NCBI GenBank assembly: GCA_964483665.1 | Contig: CAZACP010000004.1 | Location: 7,399 to 71,398, forward strand | Reading direction: 5' to 3' | Length of the DNA stretch: 64,000 nt | Origin: an uncultured Candidatus Saccharibacteria bacterium | GTDB lineage: Bacteria; Patescibacteriota; Doudnabacteria; UBA920 | Part shown: positions 60,049-64,000 of the stretch, one piece after another | How positions within the stretch are numbered: the stretch's first letter is position 1 | How the letters are laid out: each line of letters opens with the position of its first letter | Position numbers and translations under genes: made by a program | The notes under the pieces: model-generated | Database searches by the model: none | Told to the model about the DNA's origin: nothing | What the model saw: only the letters and a program-made list of their open reading frames with translations

Positions 60049-60137
60049 AAAATAATTTTATTATACTTATTTATTATACCACACATATAAAATGACCTAA
60101 TATTATAATATTTTTTTAGAATATTGTCAACATTAAG

Positions 60138-60527
60138 TTAAATTTTGCCTTCCTTGGCCCATTTTTCTTCTAAACGCCTTACCCCTTCTTCGTCAAAACC
60201 AAAGTGATGTCCGATTTCATGCCAAACTACCCGTCTAACTAAAGACGCGATTTGATCTTCCCCGGCCGTTAAGCCCTGAGCTTGTCGAAGGGCAAATTTC
60301 TCTATTGTGCCTTTATAAATAGTAATTTTGTCCGGTAATGTTGCGCCCATGCCATACGTTGACCCACGCTTTATTTGCGAAACACCATGGTACAAACCAA
60401 ACAAACTATTGTTTGGCGACTCCCCTTCTTCCATGGTTATAGAAACATTGTTTAACTTTTCACGAATATTCTGAGGCAAAGCTGCCACCGCCTCAGTTAT
60501 TAAATTTTCAAATTGTAGATTTTCCAT
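60138..60527 (-). CDS. minimal zincin metallopeptidase (DUF1025-like)
   Basis: LFGLYHG...LPDKITIY...HEIGHHFG. Confidence 0.88.
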   Translation of the reverse strand: MENLQFENLITEAVAALPQNIREKLNNVSITMEEGESPNNSLFGLYHGVSQIKRGSTYGMGATLPDKITIYKGTIEKFALRQAQGLTAGEDQIASLVRRVVWHEIGHHFGFDEEGVRRLEEKWAKEGKI

Positions 60528-61134
60528 TTAAAATTTCGTAACTAGTTAATTGCTGTTTAAAGTTTTCAAACGTTGTAAAGAATTCTGCTTTGAAACCAAA
60601 TTCTTTGGCTGAATCAACAAGGTGTTTCTGGTTATCAAAAACTAAAATTTCATCTTTTTTGTAGCCCTGCAATCGTTTAAACACCTCGTGCCAAAAATTT
60701 GGATCTGGTTTTAAGTAACCTGCACCGGCTGAAGAAAAAATCCCGTCTAAAATTTTTCCTAAGCCAACTGTGTTGGTTAAATATTCAACACGATATTTTT
60801 CGTTGTTTGTAGTAAGATAGCATTTAACCCCTTGTTTGCGTAAACTATTTATTTCTTCAACCATAAACTGGTCTTTTTCGGCCTCTCCTTCAAACCAGTA
60901 CTTTAAAACTTCCTCAACTGGCCAGCTTATGTTCCAAATCGGTAATTGTTTTGCGAGCTCTACTTTTAAATCAAGCTTACCGGTTTCGCAAAGTAAAAAA
61001 TCATTCCGAAAAAAATCTGTTGCTACTGCCTCATTAATATTTATACCAAATTCGTCTTTCATCCTATGACGAAAATACTTTTCTCTCTCTTTCACAATCA
61101 CCCCATCACAGTCAAACAAAATAACTTTAATCAT
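60508..61134 (-). CDS. HAD superfamily hydrolase
   Basis: LFDCDGV, TNN, KPD, FDN. Confidence 0.9.
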   Translation of the reverse strand: MIKVILFDCDGVIVKEREKYFRHRMKDEFGININEAVATDFFRNDFLLCETGKLDLKVELAKQLPIWNISWPVEEVLKYWFEGEAEKDQFMVEEINSLRKQGVKCYLTTNNEKYRVEYLTNTVGLGKILDGIFSSAGAGYLKPDPNFWHEVFKRLQGYKKDEILVFDNQKHLVDSAKEFGFKAEFFTTFENFKQQLTSYEILNGKSTI

Positions 61135-61220
61135 AAAAATAACTTAAAAACCTGCCGGTATTATAGCAGGTTTTTAGCGTCGATTCAGCGTTTCTTTTTT
61201 CAGCGATTTATTAGCGGCTT

Positions 61221-62510
61221 TTAAAAGCCCTCATAGTCATGCATTGTCAACTGTGCTTCGATTTTCTTGATTATTTCTATAACCACGGACACCACAATCA
61301 ATAACGAAGTACCGCCCAAAGTTAAGGCCTTGGTTCCGGTTAAATTTTGGGCAACTAGAGGCAGAATAGCAATAATTGCTAAAAATACTGCACCGGCTAA
61401 AGTAATGCGGTTAAGCACAGAAGACAAATAGTCAGCAGTTTGAGCTCCGGGCCTAAGTCCCGGAATGAAGCCGCCATTTTTTTGCACATTTTCGGCAATT
61501 TCCTGAGGGTTAAAGACTACGGCAGTATAAAAATAAGTAAAGCCTAGTATCATAAGGAAGTAAACAATGCCGTAAAACCAGGTGCCGGTGTCATTAAACA
61601 AGGCAATGGTTTTTTGCGCATAGTTAGCAATAAGTGCGCTTTTTGCATTTACAAAGAACTGGGCTATCATTGCGGGAAACAGCATTATGGAAATAGCAAA
61701 AATTATAGGAATAACTCCGGCTTGGTTAAGGCGCAAAGGCAAATGGGTATTAACGCCGCCAAAAAGCCTGTTGCCCCTAACGCGCTTAGCGTAAGCAACC
61801 GGGATATTGCGCTGAGCCTCTGTTACCAAAACCACTCCGGCAATAACGGCTAAGAATACCAAGACAAAGCCGACAATAGTAGGAACTGCGTCCGGATTAC
61901 CCTGATAAATTTGGTAAGCTTGGGAAATGGCGCTCGGGACTCTGGATACAATACCGGCAAAAATAACCAAAGAAATTCCATTGCCAATGTCGAATTCAGA
62001 CATAATTTCACCAATCCACATTATTAACATAGTGCCGGCAGTTACAGAAAGCAAAACCAAAAACCATTGAAAAGGAGAAAAAGTTCCTAAAATTGATCCG
62101 GCTCCCTGGCTGGAAAGAAGCCTAATGGTGCCAAAAGCCTGAAGCGGGGCAAGCGGAATGGTTAAATAGCGGGTGTACTGGTTAAGCTGAGCCCTGCCGG
62201 CTTCCCCACCTTCCTTTTGCATTTCAGCAAAAGAAGGAACTATTATGGTTAAAAGCTGCATTATAATGCTGGCAGTAATGTACGGGCCAACGCCAAGCAT
62301 GGCAATAGAAAAATTAGTCAAACCTCCGCCGGAAAAAACATCAAGCAAATTTAAAAACTGACTCTGCTGAAAAAAAGCTTTAAGCCCGGTTGGGTCTATA
62401 CCCGGAATGGGTATGTGAGTTAAAACCCGCGTAACTAACAAAAGACCAAGCACAATTAAAATTTTGTTGCGTAGGTCTTTGGTTTTCCAAATAAGTAGGA
62501 TTTTGTTCAT
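61221..62510 (-). CDS. secY: preprotein translocase SecY
   Basis: LGVGPYITASIIMQLL, IGNGISLVIF, GGFIPGLRPG, GGTSLLIVV. Confidence 0.98.
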   Translation of the reverse strand: MNKILLIWKTKDLRNKILIVLGLLLVTRVLTHIPIPGIDPTGLKAFFQQSQFLNLLDVFSGGGLTNFSIAMLGVGPYITASIIMQLLTIIVPSFAEMQKEGGEAGRAQLNQYTRYLTIPLAPLQAFGTIRLLSSQGAGSILGTFSPFQWFLVLLSVTAGTMLIMWIGEIMSEFDIGNGISLVIFAGIVSRVPSAISQAYQIYQGNPDAVPTIVGFVLVFLAVIAGVVLVTEAQRNIPVAYAKRVRGNRLFGGVNTHLPLRLNQAGVIPIIFAISIMLFPAMIAQFFVNAKSALIANYAQKTIALFNDTGTWFYGIVYFLMILGFTYFYTAVVFNPQEIAENVQKNGGFIPGLRPGAQTADYLSSVLNRITLAGAVFLAIIAILPLVAQNLTGTKALTLGGTSLLIVVSVVIEIIKKIEAQLTMHDYEGF

Positions 62511-62560
62511 TATGTAGTTGGTAGTTGGTAGTTGATAGTTGGTAGCCGAACATTGCCTGA

Positions 62561-63019
62561 CTACTTACTACTTACTACTTCACTAATCGCTATTACTGTT
62601 CCACCGGCTTTCTCTATAGCTGCTTTAGCCGATGCCGAAACAGGTAATTTTACGTTTAATTTCTTTTTTATTTCGCCGGCCAATATTTTTACCGACTGGC
62701 CTTTCATAATTATACCTTTTTCTTCCAAAGATTTTAAATCTACAGTTGCTCCGTCTGCGAAAATATCTAGTTTAGTAACCGGCAAAGCAAATGGTTTTGA
62801 GCTTAAAGATTTAAAACCGCGTAATTTAGGCAACTGCCTAACAATAGGCTGGCGTCCGCCTTCAAAACCGGCAGGCATTTTGGAGTGACCGGTTCTTGCA
62901 GTCTGACCTTTACCACCGCGGGTGGAATAAGTACCGTGGCCGCTTCCAAGACCGCGTCCCACAACTTTGCGCCTGCGGGTGGATTTCGGATGTTTTTTTA
63001 ATTGATGTAATTTTAACAT
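62561..63019 (-). CDS. rplO: 50S ribosomal protein L15
   Basis: GRGLGSGHG...GGKGQTAR...FEGGRQP...LPKLRGF. Confidence 0.97.
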   Translation of the reverse strand: MLKLHQLKKHPKSTRRRKVVGRGLGSGHGTYSTRGGKGQTARTGHSKMPAGFEGGRQPIVRQLPKLRGFKSLSSKPFALPVTKLDIFADGATVDLKSLEEKGIIMKGQSVKILAGEIKKKLNVKLPVSASAKAAIEKAGGTVIAISEVVSSK

Positions 63020-63041
63020 AAATAGATATATTCCTTATAGT

Positions 63042-63137
63042 TTCCCTCTCCAAGACTTGGAGAGGGTTAGGGAGAGGTTGAAAATTATTAACCTCTCTGT
63101 CACCTTTCGGGTGACATCTCCCCAAGCTTTCGGGAGA
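63042..63137. repeat. gene-less DUF559-family repeat doublet between rpsE and rplO
   Basis: same two-part architecture as the reverse complement of 45512-45621. Confidence 0.8.
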
Positions 63138-63155
63138 ATTATATTGTGCTTCGCG

Positions 63156-63662
63156 CTACTTGCGCATCTTGGCAAGGGCTTCCTTGCTCTTCATTTTGGT
63201 AAAAGCTTCGAAAACCGCCTTAATATTATTTACTTTGTTATTGCTGCCAAGCATTTTTGAAACAACATTTTTAACTCCGGCTAGTTCAAAAACCTGGCGA
63301 ACCGCGCCGCCGGCAATAACACCGGTACCTGGCCTTGCGGGCTTTAGCATTAATTTGGACGATTTATATTTAACATTAATTTCATGCGGTATGGTTTGGT
63401 TTACCAATGGCAAAGTAATCATATTCTTTTTTGCGGCGTTTACTGCTTTGTTTACGCTTTCGGAGACATCTGCGCCTTTTCTTAAGCCCATACCCACTTT
63501 GCCTTTATGGTCACCAATAACTACGAGTGCGCGAAAACGCATTCTTTTTCCGCCGGCCACAACACGAGTAACACGCTTAACCTCTACGGTCTTTTGGTCA
63601 AACTCGCGGGGTTCTCGTTCCTGCCCGTCTCTGGATGTTTTTCGTCTTTTTTCAAATGCCAT
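63156..63662 (-). CDS. rpsE: 30S ribosomal protein S5
   Basis: RVTRVVAGGKRMRFRALVVIGD...PGTGVIAGG. Confidence 0.98.
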   Translation of the reverse strand: MAFEKRRKTSRDGQEREPREFDQKTVEVKRVTRVVAGGKRMRFRALVVIGDHKGKVGMGLRKGADVSESVNKAVNAAKKNMITLPLVNQTIPHEINVKYKSSKLMLKPARPGTGVIAGGAVRQVFELAGVKNVVSKMLGSNNKVNNIKAVFEAFTKMKSKEALAKMRK

Positions 63663-63684
63663 AAGTGTAAATATAATTAATAAC

Positions 63685-64000
63685 TTAAAACTTTAATCCG
63701 CCTTCTCTTGCACCCTCAGCCAAGGCTTTTACCCTGCCATGATAAGCAAATCCGCCTCTGTCAAAAACACAAGTTGAAATTTTCTTTGCTAAAGCTTTCT
63801 CAGCTAAAAGTTTTCCCACTTCCTTTGAAACATCTGTCTTTTTTGCTTTAGACCCGGCCTTGCCCGTAATATCTTTTGTGGAAGCAAAAACCAAAGTTTT
63901 ACCGGAAGAGTCGTCTATTAGCTGGGCATAAATACCCGCAAGGCTTCTATATACGCTTAAGCGAGGGCGGTCTGATGTGCCTGAAATTTTAGCCCTTACT
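63685..64000 (-). CDS. rplR: 50S ribosomal protein L18, 5' end beyond window
   Basis: RPRLSVYRS...YAQLIDD...[26 protein letters not shown]. Confidence 0.95.
   Translation of the reverse strand, partial: VRAKISGTSDRPRLSVYRSLAGIYAQLIDDSSGKTLVFASTKDITGKAGSKAKKTDVSKEVGKLLAEKALAKKISTCVFDRGGFAYHGRVKALAEGAREGGLKF

Noticed and set aside
1-64000. Prophage, DGR, retron or IS element
   Set aside because: No reverse transcriptase, integrase, transposase or phage structural motifs recognised, and no TR/VR-like repeat pair seen by eye.

Overview
AT-rich bacterial chromosome segment, genetic code 11, most genes on the minus strand. Gene content points to Patescibacteria (CPR): no rpmD between rpsE and rplO, split transketolase, a minimal mraZ-rsmH-ftsL-ftsI cluster and a VirD4/HerA-like ATPase (taxon is inference). 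Core loci: dus (partial), rplJ-rplL with L10 leader, ECF sigma module, tRNA-Gln followed by a ~3 kb islet, mraZ-rsmH-ftsL-ftsI, a two-component module, dinB with a LexA-like box, mreB, rnhA, recJ, a glycolysis/pentose-phosphate run (galT-tpiA-rpiB-rpe-tkt-tkt-pfkB-gap-pgk-gpmI), ruvX, htrA, dnaX and the end of the spc operon (rplR-rpsE-rplO-secY). The most unusual signal is a dense population of short repeats in several families. Three small nuclease-type genes (DUF559, GIY-YIG, GxxExxY) are each bracketed by their own repeat family. Gene-less copies of these families sit in many intergenic spaces, and related repeats are translated in frame inside housekeeping proteins (Dus, RsmH, DinB, RNase H, RecJ, DnaX, a zincin). 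One repeat class recurs as five 7-nt units. Also notable: a T-box riboswitch in front of an 88-aa ORFan rather than a synthetase, and self-contained single-ORFan cassettes with their own promoter, SD and terminator. No CRISPR array, rRNA, integrase or reverse transcriptase was seen. All calls are by eye; no database searches were run.
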